Positions 1 through 9,801 of a stretch of 64,000 nucleotides of DNA are shown piece by piece. The DNA is from a virus (Duplodnaviria; Heunggongvirae; Uroviricota; Caudoviricetes): the IMG/VR virus record IMGVR_UViG_2939521961_000018; one strand, given 5' to 3'. Every line of letters begins with the position of its first letter. Positions within the stretch are counted from its first letter, which is position 1. Under the pieces are notes generated by a model. It did not search any database and had not been told where the DNA came from. It saw only the letters and a program-made list of their open reading frames with translations. A program made the translations under genes and the position numbers.

Positions 1-408
1 TTAAAAGTAATGAGTTAGTTGATGAACAGAAGCTTTCGGTAATTGATTTGAGAATCGGGTAGCATAAACAGCCATATAAACGAAACTACAACTGCCGAGA
101 GTATCAGCTTCACAGGTCAGCCCTTTTGCATACAGCGTGATGGTATGCTGATGGCGGGGATTCAGTTCACCGCTGGTGAGCATGAGTTCCAGTTGTTTCA
201 TCAGCAGTGGAAAGGCCTGGTCCAGATGGTATGCATCCGCATCGCTGAACCGGCCTCTGATACCGGCGCGGTCGGCAAGGTAATGCAACCGGTTACCTTC
301 CTGCACCAGACGTGCCCCGAAACAGGGCGTCACGGTGCAGGGCAGCCCCCACCAGGGGCGGTCGTGATTGTCGTCGGGAAGTGTTGTCCCGTGGAGTGTG
401 TCTGACAC
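1..408 (-). CDS. cbeA: CbeA/YeeU-family type IV antitoxin; partner toxin CbtA expected just beyond window start
   Basis: N-terminal ~100 aa (MSDTL.GTTLPDDNHDRPWWGLPCTVTPCFGARLVQEGNRLHYLADRAGIRG) matches recalled E. coli YeeU/CbeA; C-terminal ~30 aa diverge; sits downstream of yeeT as in CP4-44. Confidence 0.8.
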   Translation of the reverse strand: MSDTLHGTTLPDDNHDRPWWGLPCTVTPCFGARLVQEGNRLHYLADRAGIRGRFSDADAYHLDQAFPLLMKQLELMLTSGELNPRHQHTITLYAKGLTCEADTLGSCSFVYMAVYATRFSNQLPKASVHQLTHYF

Positions 409-481
409 GATAAAATCCTTACAGAAAATCGGCTAAGAATGGTCCGGTAGTGGCGATAATTCTGCTCATCAGAATTCCCAC

Positions 482-703
482 TCAGTTCAGGGTGACGCTC
501 ATCAGCCGGACATACGGACCAAAACTGTCCTTACGGCGTTCAGCAAACACGGCCAGCACACCGGGAATATCCTGCACTTCACGACCGGTATACGCTTCAG
601 CACTGCCGTGCCAGCGGTATTTACCGGTACAGAACGGAAAAAGACGGGATGTCGGATGTTGTTGGTGAATACGCATGGCTTCACCACGGGTGATAATTTT
701 CAT
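482..703 (-). CDS. yeeT: YeeT-family protein (DUF987)
   Basis: 73-aa ORF MKIITRGEAMRIHQQHPTSRLFPFCTGKYRWHG matches recalled YeeT; conserved position between radC-like gene and cbeA. Confidence 0.8.
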   Translation of the reverse strand: MKIITRGEAMRIHQQHPTSRLFPFCTGKYRWHGSAEAYTGREVQDIPGVLAVFAERRKDSFGPYVRLMSVTLN

Positions 704-765
704 AATGGGATACCTCTGAAGACAGAAGATAAAAGTGAAAACAGGTGTGATGTGGTTGTGACGGG

Positions 766-1257
766 TTAAAGCAGACCATGTTCGGCAAAGGAGAAAACCT
801 GGTTGCCACCGACTATCAGATGGTCCGGCACCCGGATATCCACCAGGCCCAGTGCCTGTACCAGACGTTCGGTGATAAGCCGGTCTGCCTTACTGGGTGT
901 GACTTCACCGGACGGGTGATTGTGTGCCAGTACCACGGCAGCGGCATTGTGGTACAGGGCGCGTTTAATCACTTCCCGGGGATGGACTTCCGTGCGGTTG
1001 ATGGTGCCGGTGAAGAGGGTTTCACCGGCAATCAGCTGATTCTGGTTGTTCAGATACAGCACCCGGAATTCTTCACGCTCCAGTCCCGCCATGTTCAGAA
1101 TCAGCCATTCCCGTGCTGCACGGGTGGAGGTGAAGGCCACGCCGGGTTCATGAAGATGGCGGTCCAGGGTTTTCAGGGCCCGTTGAATGAGGCTGCGCTC
1201 GCCGGGCGTCATCTCTCCGGGCAGAAAGGAAAGTTGTTGCATTGTGCTTCTCTCCAT
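766..1257 (-). CDS. yeeS: RadC-like JAB-domain protein (YeeS/YfjY family)
   Basis: JAB/MPN motif HNHPSGEVTPSKAD near C-terminus; island synteny. Confidence 0.8.
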   Translation of the reverse strand: MERSTMQQLSFLPGEMTPGERSLIQRALKTLDRHLHEPGVAFTSTRAAREWLILNMAGLEREEFRVLYLNNQNQLIAGETLFTGTINRTEVHPREVIKRALYHNAAAVVLAHNHPSGEVTPSKADRLITERLVQALGLVDIRVPDHLIVGGNQVFSFAEHGLL

Positions 1258-1743
1258 TCAGTCGATGATGCGCATAATGGCGCTGCATTCCGGATGCTGC
1301 AGGGCGTAATCCCGCAACCGGTAATAATGGACCGTCATGGCATAATTCTCCATACGACAGGCATGATGACTGTACGTCATCAGACAGGCGGCAATACCGG
1401 CGGCTTCCGGGCTCATTTCAGCGCGGTTACCGTTCATGGCATTGAACAGTACCCATGTTTCGTCATCATCGTCATCCGGTTCGGGTGCCATAAATGCCCC
1501 GCCGTTGTTCAGGGTGTACAGATTCCAGATACCACCGCAGTAGTCTTCGCACAGACGGTCCATCCAGCCGAAGACACGGGGCTCCAGGGTCACCCACTGT
1601 GGAATGAGGCCAAAATGCTGCGGCCAGAAGCTGATGCGCTGTTCATCAGGGACGAGAGTAGCAACCAGCTGAGGTGGGTTATTCCCTGATGCAGCGGTTA
1701 CGGAAACAGAAGGTGTGGTGGAATTATGCGTAACGGTTGTCAT
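1258..1743 (-). CDS. KlcA/ArdB-like antirestriction protein (YfjX/YafX family)
   Basis: 161-aa ORF with acidic DDDDDE patch, immediately upstream of radC-like gene as in CP4-type islands; family assignment from memory. Confidence 0.65.
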   Translation of the reverse strand: MTTVTHNSTTPSVSVTAASGNNPPQLVATLVPDEQRISFWPQHFGLIPQWVTLEPRVFGWMDRLCEDYCGGIWNLYTLNNGGAFMAPEPDDDDDETWVLFNAMNGNRAEMSPEAAGIAACLMTYSHHACRMENYAMTVHYYRLRDYALQHPECSAIMRIID

Positions 1744-1834
1744 GAGATTATTCCTTATAAAAAGTAAATGAATGGAAGAATGTCCGGAGGCAGGGACGGA
1801 AGTGAGTCAGGACTGCGCTTTCAGGGAAAAGGCA

Positions 1835-2653
1835 TCAGCGCATGCTCTCCAGCAGTGTTTCTGCCATCACCCACAACGCCCGGTTGAGCTTAATGTCGGT
1901 GTCGATGCTGTGAATGGTACGGGTATGGATACGTTTTCCTCTGGCACTGCGACCGGAAATCCCGCCTTTCAGCATATTCTCCTGGATGGTCTGATAAGCA
2001 CTCCACAGGTCCTTACCGTAATCCTCCCGGCGTCGTGGCGTCAGAATGTCGGCGGTGGTGACGGGCTGATGTTCGTCACCATAACGGTAAGTCAGTGCCG
2101 CCTGTGCCAGCGCCTGGCGTGACGGTGGCGGCAGGACCAGCGACTGCATGGCATCACGCTTCTCCTCTATCCGGTCAAACACGCCCACCACCTCGTAAGC
2201 CCCTTCGATAACTTTCTCCACCACATTTCCCCGGTGTGGAACACGCACTTCCCCCAGAGACTGGCCACAGACGCACCCGTTCTGGCAGACGAACCTGAAG
2301 TAACCCGGCAGCATCTGGTAGCTGGAAGTACCGTCATGGGAGTTCAGCAGGATGATTTCAGGGACATGTTGTCCGTTTATCTCCCCGTCACGGCGCAGAC
2401 GCAGCATGTGTTTGGTGTATCCCCGGCGGCCCGGGTCGCGCACGCGGATCTGGTAGGCGAAGAAGGGCTGAAAGCCCTCCCGCTGCAGGCTTTCTAGTAC
2501 GGTGATGGTGGGAATGTACGCATAGCGTTCACTGCGGGAGGTATGCCGGTCTTCCCCAAAAATACTGGGCACATAGTGCATCAGTTCTTCATGTGTCAGC
2601 GGGCGGTCACGGCGTATCTGGTTTACATGACCAAAACGACTTGCTAATCGCAT
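1835..2653 (-). CDS. DUF932/DUF945-family protein (YfjQ-like)
   Basis: 272-aa ORF in the conserved position upstream of the antirestriction gene in P4-type islands; family assignment from memory. Confidence 0.6.
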   Translation of the reverse strand: MRLASRFGHVNQIRRDRPLTHEELMHYVPSIFGEDRHTSRSERYAYIPTITVLESLQREGFQPFFAYQIRVRDPGRRGYTKHMLRLRRDGEINGQHVPEIILLNSHDGTSSYQMLPGYFRFVCQNGCVCGQSLGEVRVPHRGNVVEKVIEGAYEVVGVFDRIEEKRDAMQSLVLPPPSRQALAQAALTYRYGDEHQPVTTADILTPRRREDYGKDLWSAYQTIQENMLKGGISGRSARGKRIHTRTIHSIDTDIKLNRALWVMAETLLESMR

Positions 2654-2859
2654 TATTTGCTCCTTATGAATGAGTTAGCGGTATAAATGAAAAAGCCGCG
2701 TCTCCCGGAGAAGACGCGGCCTGACAGATGAAATGAATGACGTTTATTGTCTGAGAAGCCCTCCACTGGTGAGCTGCGTATTTTCATGGAAGGAGTGAGG
2801 TAGCCTGAGTTTAACGGACACTCCTTCCTGAAATAGAATGGCATCAGAAGGAGCTAATA

Positions 2860-3162
2860 ATGAGCAGAAAAACCCAACGTTACTCTAAAGAGTTCAAAGC
2901 CGAAGCTGTCAGAACGGTTCTTGAAAATCAACTTTCGATCAGTGAAGGCGCTTCCCGATTATCTCTTCCTGAAGGCACTTTAGGACAATGGGTTACCGCC
3001 GCCAGAAAAGGGCTCGGTACTCCTGGTTCCCGCACGGTGGCTGAACTGGAATCTGAAATTCTGCAACTGCGTAAGGCGTTAAATGAAGCTCGCCTTGAGC
3101 GAGATATATTAAAAAAAGCAACAGCGTATTTTGCACAGGAGTCGCTGAAAAATACGCGTTAA
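2860..3162 (+). CDS. IS600 OrfA (HTH, leucine-zipper transposase N-terminal part)
   Basis: MSRKTQRYSKEFKAEAVRTVLEN typical IS3-family OrfA. Confidence 0.9.
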   Translation: MSRKTQRYSKEFKAEAVRTVLENQLSISEGASRLSLPEGTLGQWVTAARKGLGTPGSRTVAELESEILQLRKALNEARLERDILKKATAYFAQESLKNTR

Positions 3163-3197
3163 TCGAACAATGGCGACAACAATTTCCCATTGAAGCG

Positions 3198-4016
3198 ATG
3201 TGTCAGGTATTTGGTGTATCCAGGAGCGGTTATTACAACTGGGTACAGCATGAACCCTCAGACAGAAAACAAAGTGATGAGCGGCTAAAACTGGAGATTA
3301 AGGTGGCACATATCCGCACTCGCGAAACATATGGAACCCGGCGGCTCCAGACGGAGCTGGCAGAGAATGGCATCATCGTTGGTCGTGACCGACTGGCACG
3401 TCTTCGTAAGGAGCTAAGGCTACGCTGTAAGCAGAAACGCAAGTTCAGAGCGACTACGAACTCGAACCACAATCTGCCAGTTGCGCCAAATCTGCTGAAC
3501 CAGACGTTCGCTCCTACAGCACCAAATCAGGTCTGGGTGGCGGACCTGACGTATGTTGCCACACAGGAGGGATGGTTGTACCTCGCTGGCATCAAAGATG
3601 TTTATACGTGCGAAATTGTCGGCTACGCCATGGGAGAGCGCATGACAAAAGAGCTGACAGGTAAAGCTCTGTTTATGGCGCTCAGGAGCCAGCGCCCACC
3701 TGCCGGGCTAATCCACCACTCTGATCGAGGTTCACAGTACTGCGCATACGATTACCGGGTCATACAGGAGCAGTTTGGTCTGAAAACATCAATGTCGCGT
3801 AAAGGTAACTGTTACGACAACGCTCCGATGGAAAGCTTCTGGGGAACGCTGAAAAATGAGAGCCTGAGCCACTATCGTTTTAATAACCGGGATGAAGCCA
3901 TCTCAGTAATACGGGAATACATTGAGATTTTCTACAATCGTCAGCGTCGTCACTCTCGTCTGGGGAATATCTCCCCGGCAGCCTTCAGGGAAAAATATCA
4001 TCAGATGGCTGCTTAA
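3198..4016 (+). CDS. IS600 OrfB (DDE transposase catalytic part; made as OrfAB fusion by -1 frameshift)
   Basis: DDE integrase core (HSDRGSQY, CYDNAPMESFWGTLK); -1 frame relative to orfA. Confidence 0.9.
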   Translation: MCQVFGVSRSGYYNWVQHEPSDRKQSDERLKLEIKVAHIRTRETYGTRRLQTELAENGIIVGRDRLARLRKELRLRCKQKRKFRATTNSNHNLPVAPNLLNQTFAPTAPNQVWVADLTYVATQEGWLYLAGIKDVYTCEIVGYAMGERMTKELTGKALFMALRSQRPPAGLIHHSDRGSQYCAYDYRVIQEQFGLKTSMSRKGNCYDNAPMESFWGTLKNESLSHYRFNNRDEAISVIREYIEIFYNRQRRHSRLGNISPAAFREKYHQMAA

Positions 4017-4194
4017 AAAAAGAACAAATGGTAGTGTCCGCTATTGCCAGTACACCTCAGAGATCACCCAATATCCCCATCGGGATCGGGTAATAACTGG
4101 CCAGACTGTGATCAATTCAGATGCCATTTGGCAGTAAAAGGGTCTTCGGGCAATAAACGTGATGCACAACCCGGCATATCTGTTGATCCCTGAA

Positions 4195-4228
4195 AGTAAA
4201 AGGCCCCGGTCATAATGACCGGGGCCTG
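4195..4228 (-). terminator. Rho-independent terminator downstream of Ag43 gene
   Basis: GC hairpin GGCCCCGGTC-ataat-GACCGGGGCC followed by a short T-run on the minus strand, 20 nt after the stop. Confidence 0.5.
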
Positions 4229-4247
4229 AAGGGAAGTGACCTGATTA

Positions 4248-7094
4248 TCAGAAAGTCACGTTCAGTGTGGCCTGACCGTTATAACCTTCAGCGCTGCTGC
4301 CGCTGACACTGTGGGCATAACCGGCCTGAACGCCCAGGGTGATATTTTCCCGGACACGGGCTTCCAGTCCGGCCTGCAGGTCCAGTGACGTGCCATTCCG
4401 GGACGGTGAGAACGTCATGTTACTGCCGGCTGCGGCTGTACCCATGCTCATGTCTCCCCGGGAGCTGAAGGTGCGGATAACAGAAGGCTGTACCCACCAG
4501 TTCACCGGCAATTCACGCACACTGTGTTTGGCACTGTCGCGCAGGGTGTCACGGGATGAGGTGCCTTTACCAAAGTTCATATCGTTGTGGCTGCCCAGAC
4601 GGAAGCCGGCACGCACATGTTGTGCACTGCCATGCCCGAACTTCACATAACCGGCGTTATCCTGGCCGTCATCCAGGGAGAGTCCCTGCCAGGTGTACTG
4701 CAGTTGTGGCTCCAGCATCAGATTGTCAGTGATACTGAAGGGCAGACCGGTTTCCAGTGAGCCCAGCCAGCCCCAGCCCCGGGCGCGGAAGTCGTTATTG
4801 TCCGATGATGCTTTCATGCTGTGGCGGGTTCCCTGTGCCACAATGTCAGCCCACAGGCCGGAGGATGTGTGTACCAGATTCAGGTATCCGCCCAGACTGC
4901 CGGCATCATCCCGGACCGTGCCGGCGCGGGAGCCGTCATCATCCTTAACATCAACGGAAGAATGGCCTGCAGCACCATACACCCCTGTCGTCAGAGACAT
5001 ACCGGCAACCTCTGTTCTGAGCAGGTCACCCTCCAGACGGACGAAGCCATAGCTGCCGCTGCTTTCCGGCGTGGCCCCACGGGCAATACCGCCGTTGTTA
5101 TCGTGCCCGAGATGACCGCCCTGAATGCTGAGACGGACGCTGTTATTTTCACCGTTTACACCGGTCTGATGGCTGCGGGAGCCAGCCAGAATCCGGTCAT
5201 AGTCCATTGCCTGTGTCAGCATGGAGGCATACAGGGGGACTTCAGCACGATAAGCATTTTCACTGCGCAGGTACCAGTCTTCATCGCTGTCACGGTTCAG
5301 GGTGTAGTTAAAGGCGCCGGCCTGAAGCGGGCGGCTCAGGGCAAACGCACCTTCTTCTGTGGTGGCACCATTCTGTGCATCCACAACCCGGATACCCTGT
5401 CCGGTGGTTGCCACCCCGAGGTTACTGTTTCCGACATTTGTGAACGCAAGCCAGGTTTTGCCGGTTGCCTGACCACCATTAATCACCAGCTGGTCTGAGG
5501 TATTACTGCCATCAAGGCGAACACGCATATTGATGGTGCCGCCCTGACCAGTGAGGTTGGTGGTGGTCAGTTTATGGAACGTTACCGGGGAGTCGCCTTT
5601 TGCAACAGCACGGCTCAGCACGGCATCCTGTGTCGTCTGATTATCAAAGTGAATCTCTCCTGCGTTAACAATATCGCCGGTACTGACCACATCACCATTC
5701 AGTACCATACTGGCGCCTTTACTGAGCTGTGTTCTGCCACTCAGACTTCCCCCGGCAGCCAGCGTCAGTGTTCCACGATGTCCGACAGTGGTGTTGCCTG
5801 CCTGTCCCCCGGCATTAACCGTAAAGCTGCCGCCATTTTCCAGTAGCAGGCCGCTGGCCTGACCGGATATGCCATCAATACTGAACTTACCGCTGGCATT
5901 GGTCCCCTCAACAGTGGCACCACTGTCTGCTATCAGGGCACCACCGGATGTCATGGTGACATCTGTTGCCTTACCACCGGCAGACACTGCCAGGGTACCG
6001 CCGTCATCCACCCGTGTTTTCTGCGCTGAATGGCCTTCCAGTACATCCAGGCGACCGCCGGACTCCAGAACAACGCCGTCAGCCTTACCGTTTTCCACCG
6101 TGAAATTGCCCAGACGGTTGCTGCCAAGAACCGTTGCCGCAGTACTGGTGACCAGTGCTCCACCCTGTTTCAGGGTGACATGTGTGGCGGTACCACCGGC
6201 GTTCACCTGCAGTTTGCCTTTCTGGTTAACGGTGGTGAAATCCGCCAGACCACCTTCCTTGATAATCTGCCAGCCGTCACTGTTTACAACAGTGCCAGAC
6301 GCCGTACCGCCGTTGTGCACATACTGGTACCCCCCATTCAGCGTGGTATCCAGTGCGTGACCATGTACAGTCTGGTCGCCGCCGGCATAAACCACAGTGG
6401 TATTTGCCGTTCCTTCAGCAGCCACAATCTGACGACCATTTTTATTGATGGTGGTGCGTACGGCATCTCCGTAGACGTTCTGCCCGGTATCACCATTTTC
6501 TGCATCCGGTCCCCCTTCCGCGCCGGTATTCACAACCGTGTCGGTTGCCATTGCGCCGGATTTGACGGCCTGCCAGCCCTTCTCATTAATGACGGTAACC
6601 GTTGCAATCCCGCCTTCATGTACCCACTGCTCACCGCCGTTCAGAGTGGTGTTCACTGCCTGCCCCTGAAGGCTCTGTCCGCCTCCGGCACTGATAACCG
6701 TGTCTGAAACGCTTCCTCCGGCATTCACTCTCTGAAGACCACCACCGGTGACAGTAGTGTTGTTGGCGATACCGCCATTTTGTATCCATTGTCCGCCGGT
6801 ATTGGCCTCGTTATCCGGCCCATACTCCAGACCGGTACTGATGGTCATTCCGTTGGCCGTACCGAAGACAATCTGGTTGTCATGATTTGTCAGTGTTCCG
6901 CCGTTCACGGTTTCTCCCGCCTGTACAACCGTGTCAGCAGCCAGTGCCGGGACTGATGTGACAGCAGCAAGAGACAGCGCAACCGCCACACCGGCGCGTT
7001 TTCCCCGTGAGCGGGCCAGTTCGGAGGCCACCACCAGGGTGCCCGTAATGTGATTCCATACCAGCCTGTAGCTGGTGTTCAGATGTCGTTTCAT
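4248..7094 (-). CDS. flu: Antigen 43-type self-associating autotransporter adhesin
   Basis: Extended signal peptide MKRHLNTSYRLVWNHITGTLVVASELARS, long Gly/Thr/Asn-rich beta-helix repeats, C-terminal beta-barrel ending in F; ORF-track start moved 25 codons in to the MKRH ATG, which has an AAGGA RBS. Confidence 0.85.
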   Translation of the reverse strand: MKRHLNTSYRLVWNHITGTLVVASELARSRGKRAGVAVALSLAAVTSVPALAADTVVQAGETVNGGTLTNHDNQIVFGTANGMTISTGLEYGPDNEANTGGQWIQNGGIANNTTVTGGGLQRVNAGGSVSDTVISAGGGQSLQGQAVNTTLNGGEQWVHEGGIATVTVINEKGWQAVKSGAMATDTVVNTGAEGGPDAENGDTGQNVYGDAVRTTINKNGRQIVAAEGTANTTVVYAGGDQTVHGHALDTTLNGGYQYVHNGGTASGTVVNSDGWQIIKEGGLADFTTVNQKGKLQVNAGGTATHVTLKQGGALVTSTAATVLGSNRLGNFTVENGKADGVVLESGGRLDVLEGHSAQKTRVDDGGTLAVSAGGKATDVTMTSGGALIADSGATVEGTNASGKFSIDGISGQASGLLLENGGSFTVNAGGQAGNTTVGHRGTLTLAAGGSLSGRTQLSKGASMVLNGDVVSTGDIVNAGEIHFDNQTTQDAVLSRAVAKGDSPVTFHKLTTTNLTGQGGTINMRVRLDGSNTSDQLVINGGQATGKTWLAFTNVGNSNLGVATTGQGIRVVDAQNGATTEEGAFALSRPLQAGAFNYTLNRDSDEDWYLRSENAYRAEVPLYASMLTQAMDYDRILAGSRSHQTGVNGENNSVRLSIQGGHLGHDNNGGIARGATPESSGSYGFVRLEGDLLRTEVAGMSLTTGVYGAAGHSSVDVKDDDGSRAGTVRDDAGSLGGYLNLVHTSSGLWADIVAQGTRHSMKASSDNNDFRARGWGWLGSLETGLPFSITDNLMLEPQLQYTWQGLSLDDGQDNAGYVKFGHGSAQHVRAGFRLGSHNDMNFGKGTSSRDTLRDSAKHSVRELPVNWWVQPSVIRTFSSRGDMSMGTAAAGSNMTFSPSRNGTSLDLQAGLEARVRENITLGVQAGYAHSVSGSSAEGYNGQATLNVTF

Positions 7095-7304
7095 CAGCTT
7101 TTCCTTACAGAGGGTGAATAAAAAAGCCGGTACCCACAAAAGTGGATACCGGCAGGTACAAAACAGCATGGTCAGATAAAGTGGTTTTTCCCGGACATAA
7201 ATGTTTCCCCTCTCTCATCCGCCAGAGAAGTATCAGTCCGTTGTGTGCAATTCCGTTCTGCATGATGAAGAGATTCAGCTGCCTTTTCGCAGACCATTAA
7301 CCAC

Positions 7305-7350
7305 TATAAACGATCGATAGTAACGATCGATACCTGTTTTATCGATCGTT
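7305..7350. promoter_or_regulatory. agn43 phase-variation switch: three Dam GATC sites within the OxyR binding region
   Basis: GATC at about 7312, 7325 and 7344 in AAACGATCGATAGTAACGATCGATACCTGTTTTATCGATCG, 150-200 bp upstream of the flu start. Confidence 0.7.
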
Positions 7351-7462
7351 TTATTCTATTAACAGCAGGGAAGTCACGCAAGAGAAAGAGGTGGGTATGA
7401 GGGGGGGGCATGTTTTCAGTTGGTTAACGCAATGTAATCAGGCATTTCCCCTGGCAGAGTGT

Positions 7463-8335
7463 TCAGAAGAAAATCCAGTTCCATACCGCGCGGGCAACAG
7501 AGACCACCGAGTCACGGACGGCCCGCAGAACCGTGCGTGCAACAGAGGCAATACAGACGCTCTCCGCCGTGTCAAATATCCGGTCCACCGCACCGGTAAA
7601 CTGTTCACGGGCCTGACCCCGGACAGATTCCGTGCGCAGCTCGTCCTGCAGGCGGGTCATCAGGGGACTGGCGGCATGGTCGGGAAGCGCTGTCATGAGC
7701 GCACTGACCAGCGTATCCAGTTCCCAGCCGGTGCGGGCCGATACGGCCACAACCGGATGTACGGGCCGGAACAGACGGAATACCGCCTCCGTTTTTTCGC
7801 GAATATTCTGTGCCTGTGCGGGAGAAGGCTGAATACCGGCCATATCCCATTCATGGCAGGGCTCCGTTTTGTCGGCCTGCGTCACCACAAACAGCACCTG
7901 CTGATGTCCCCGGTGCAGGATGTGTCGCCAGAAATACTCATCCACAGACAGGGCGCGGTCATCGGCTTTAATCAGCCACAGCACCAGGTCCAGTTCGGGC
8001 AGAATGTCACGGTACAGGGCTTCATACTCTGCATCCCTGTCCCGGCTCTCGCCCACCCCGGGCAGGTCAGTGATAACCATGCTGTGACCGTGGCCACTCA
8101 GACGGAAGCGCCGCACTTCCCGGGTGCCGGCGTGAACATCACTGACCGGGGTGACCTCCCCCTGAAACAGTGCATTACAGAGTGAGGATTTACCGGCTCC
8201 GCTTTTACCCATAATGCCAATCACGGGTTCGTGACTGGTGAGTTTGCGCAGATGTTCCAGGATGTGACGGGAAAGTGAGTAAGGCAGGGAGGAGAGCGGT
8301 TTTTCAATTGCCTCAATGGCATCAGACGGATTCAT
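7463..8335 (-). CDS. yeeP: YeeP/YfjP-family GTPase (Era-like)
   Basis: G1 motif GKSGAGKSSL, G3 DLPG; start moved to MNPSDAIEAIEK; immediately upstream of flu as in CP4-44. Confidence 0.75.
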   Translation of the reverse strand: MNPSDAIEAIEKPLSSLPYSLSRHILEHLRKLTSHEPVIGIMGKSGAGKSSLCNALFQGEVTPVSDVHAGTREVRRFRLSGHGHSMVITDLPGVGESRDRDAEYEALYRDILPELDLVLWLIKADDRALSVDEYFWRHILHRGHQQVLFVVTQADKTEPCHEWDMAGIQPSPAQAQNIREKTEAVFRLFRPVHPVVAVSARTGWELDTLVSALMTALPDHAASPLMTRLQDELRTESVRGQAREQFTGAVDRIFDTAESVCIASVARTVLRAVRDSVVSVARAVWNWIFF

Positions 8336-8666
8336 ACATGTATTCCCGGTGAAAAAAGACAAAACCCCGCGCACCGGAAAGGTGGCGGGGGATTCACAAC
8401 GATAATATCTGTCTGAAATTATTTGGAATGCAGGTATATGTGGCTGATTTGTATCAGCTAATGAGTACAGGTCTGAATCTAATCTGACAGTCCGCTCTGT
8501 GCCAGAAGCGGGCGTTAGGTTGAGTAAAGAAAAGCCCATAAAATTCCCTGCGTTTGATAAACCCGGATATGAAAAATTATTACTTTCAGAGTATGATTAT
8601 CTTGCTTAAATTAACCTATATACGAAACCTCACTTTTTCGATTCATAAGAGGAATTAAAGAAAAAC

Positions 8667-9665
8667 ATGGATATGATACCTTCATATGAAAGCATGTATT
8701 TGACTTTAAGAGGGATACCAACTGACTCAATTGGAGGTGAGGACATTTACTTTATACATGATCCTCAAGGTGGATGGTACCCGAACAGAGGGAATCATCT
8801 TTATGCGATCGATGCATTATGCGTTAATATTCATGATGCTCTAGCTAATAGCATTTTTGATGGATTAGAAAACTACCACAAGTTCCTTTATATGGCCCCT
8901 GAGTTTTTATCAACAGCAGGTTTGAACTCTGAATCCGTAGTTTCAAAAGAAACATTTGTTTTATTTATTGATAAATTCAAAGGGCATACTGACGTAAATA
9001 AAGGCCTTTACCTTTTTGATTGCTGTAAAATTGTAAGTAGCATACAGGAATGCAGCAAGGAAGTGTTGCAACTACAAGGGGAGTTTTATTACACGTTGAA
9101 TTTTGAACCCTTGTTTTTCCCTAACATTGAAGAGGAGGACGGTATAAGATATGTTACATCTCCAGTCGTGACTAAGCTCTTTGCATTACTTGGATTTATT
9201 TATATCCGCATGTACAGTTTGCTCGACTACATAACAAAACTAGCTATAGAAATTGAAAATTTAAAAACACAGTTCTCTTCTTATGTTAAACTCACATCCA
9301 AGAACTCTCAATATGGTGATAAAAAGAAAGTGAGCTTAAATAATTATAAAGGATCTTTGTTTGAGCAATGCCCATTTATTAATGAAATAGAAAGTGTACG
9401 AAACCATATCATACATGATGGTCTTTTAGACGATATGCCAAAAGCATACAGAGTTATCCGGAACAACGCATGTATTGAAAAATATTTGCTTTTCCCTGAC
9501 CAAACATCAGAAGGACGTTTTGAATCGTATAAAAGTAGAAATTTATTTTATGGTGGTGATACCAAAATAAATAATCGACTCCCAGAGATTACCAATCAAT
9601 TTCAAGAGCGACTTTTGCTTACTTTGGGTAAAATATTTGATAAATTAAATGAAAAACAGAGTTAG
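8667..9665 (+). CDS. Hypothetical protein with HEPN-like Rx4H motif (candidate Abi-type effector)
   Basis: 332-aa AT-rich ORF; motif ESVRNHIIHDG; opposite strand to the island backbone. Confidence 0.5.
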   Translation: MDMIPSYESMYLTLRGIPTDSIGGEDIYFIHDPQGGWYPNRGNHLYAIDALCVNIHDALANSIFDGLENYHKFLYMAPEFLSTAGLNSESVVSKETFVLFIDKFKGHTDVNKGLYLFDCCKIVSSIQECSKEVLQLQGEFYYTLNFEPLFFPNIEEEDGIRYVTSPVVTKLFALLGFIYIRMYSLLDYITKLAIEIENLKTQFSSYVKLTSKNSQYGDKKKVSLNNYKGSLFEQCPFINEIESVRNHIIHDGLLDDMPKAYRVIRNNACIEKYLLFPDQTSEGRFESYKSRNLFYGGDTKINNRLPEITNQFQERLLLTLGKIFDKLNEKQS

Positions 9666-9801
9666 TTAATAGTTTTTAAAGTAATTACAATGGGTTGTAG
9701 GTTGTTTAGTTGAAGTTTAAAAGCAGCGCTTTAGCAGTTGATTGCGTTAAACCATTGTAATATACAAAGGGGAAATAGTATTTAGCCGTGGGGGAGTATT
9801 A

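Larger units (their letters stand above)
2796..4059 (+). mobile_element. IS600 (IS3 family) copy 1, 1264 bp, flanked by 3-bp direct repeat GAG
   Basis: Terminal repeats TGAGGTAGCCTGAGTTTAACGGACAC (left) and GTAGTGTCCGCTATTGCCAGTACACCTCA (right); identical to the two other copies in the window; GAG at 2793-2795 and 4060-4062. Confidence 0.9.

Noticed and set aside
3922-4137. Outward-reading ORF starting inside the IS600 right end (MRFSTIVSVVTLVWGISPRQ...), present at all three copies (also 25180-25761, 46588-46863)
   Set aside because: Its first 46 codons are IS sequence and the remainder is whatever flanks each copy; a read-through artefact, although in copy 2 it fuses in frame to the integrase remnant.
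4339-6707. Several plus-strand ORFs of 60-225 aa overlapping the Ag43 gene
   Set aside because: Antisense to a well-supported 948-aa autotransporter gene; Pro/Ser/Arg-rich low-complexity translations typical of the wrong frame in GC-rich repeats.
7391-8185. 264-aa plus-strand ORF overlapping yeeP
   Set aside because: Antisense to the GTPase gene, no RBS, Arg/Gly-rich wrong-frame composition.
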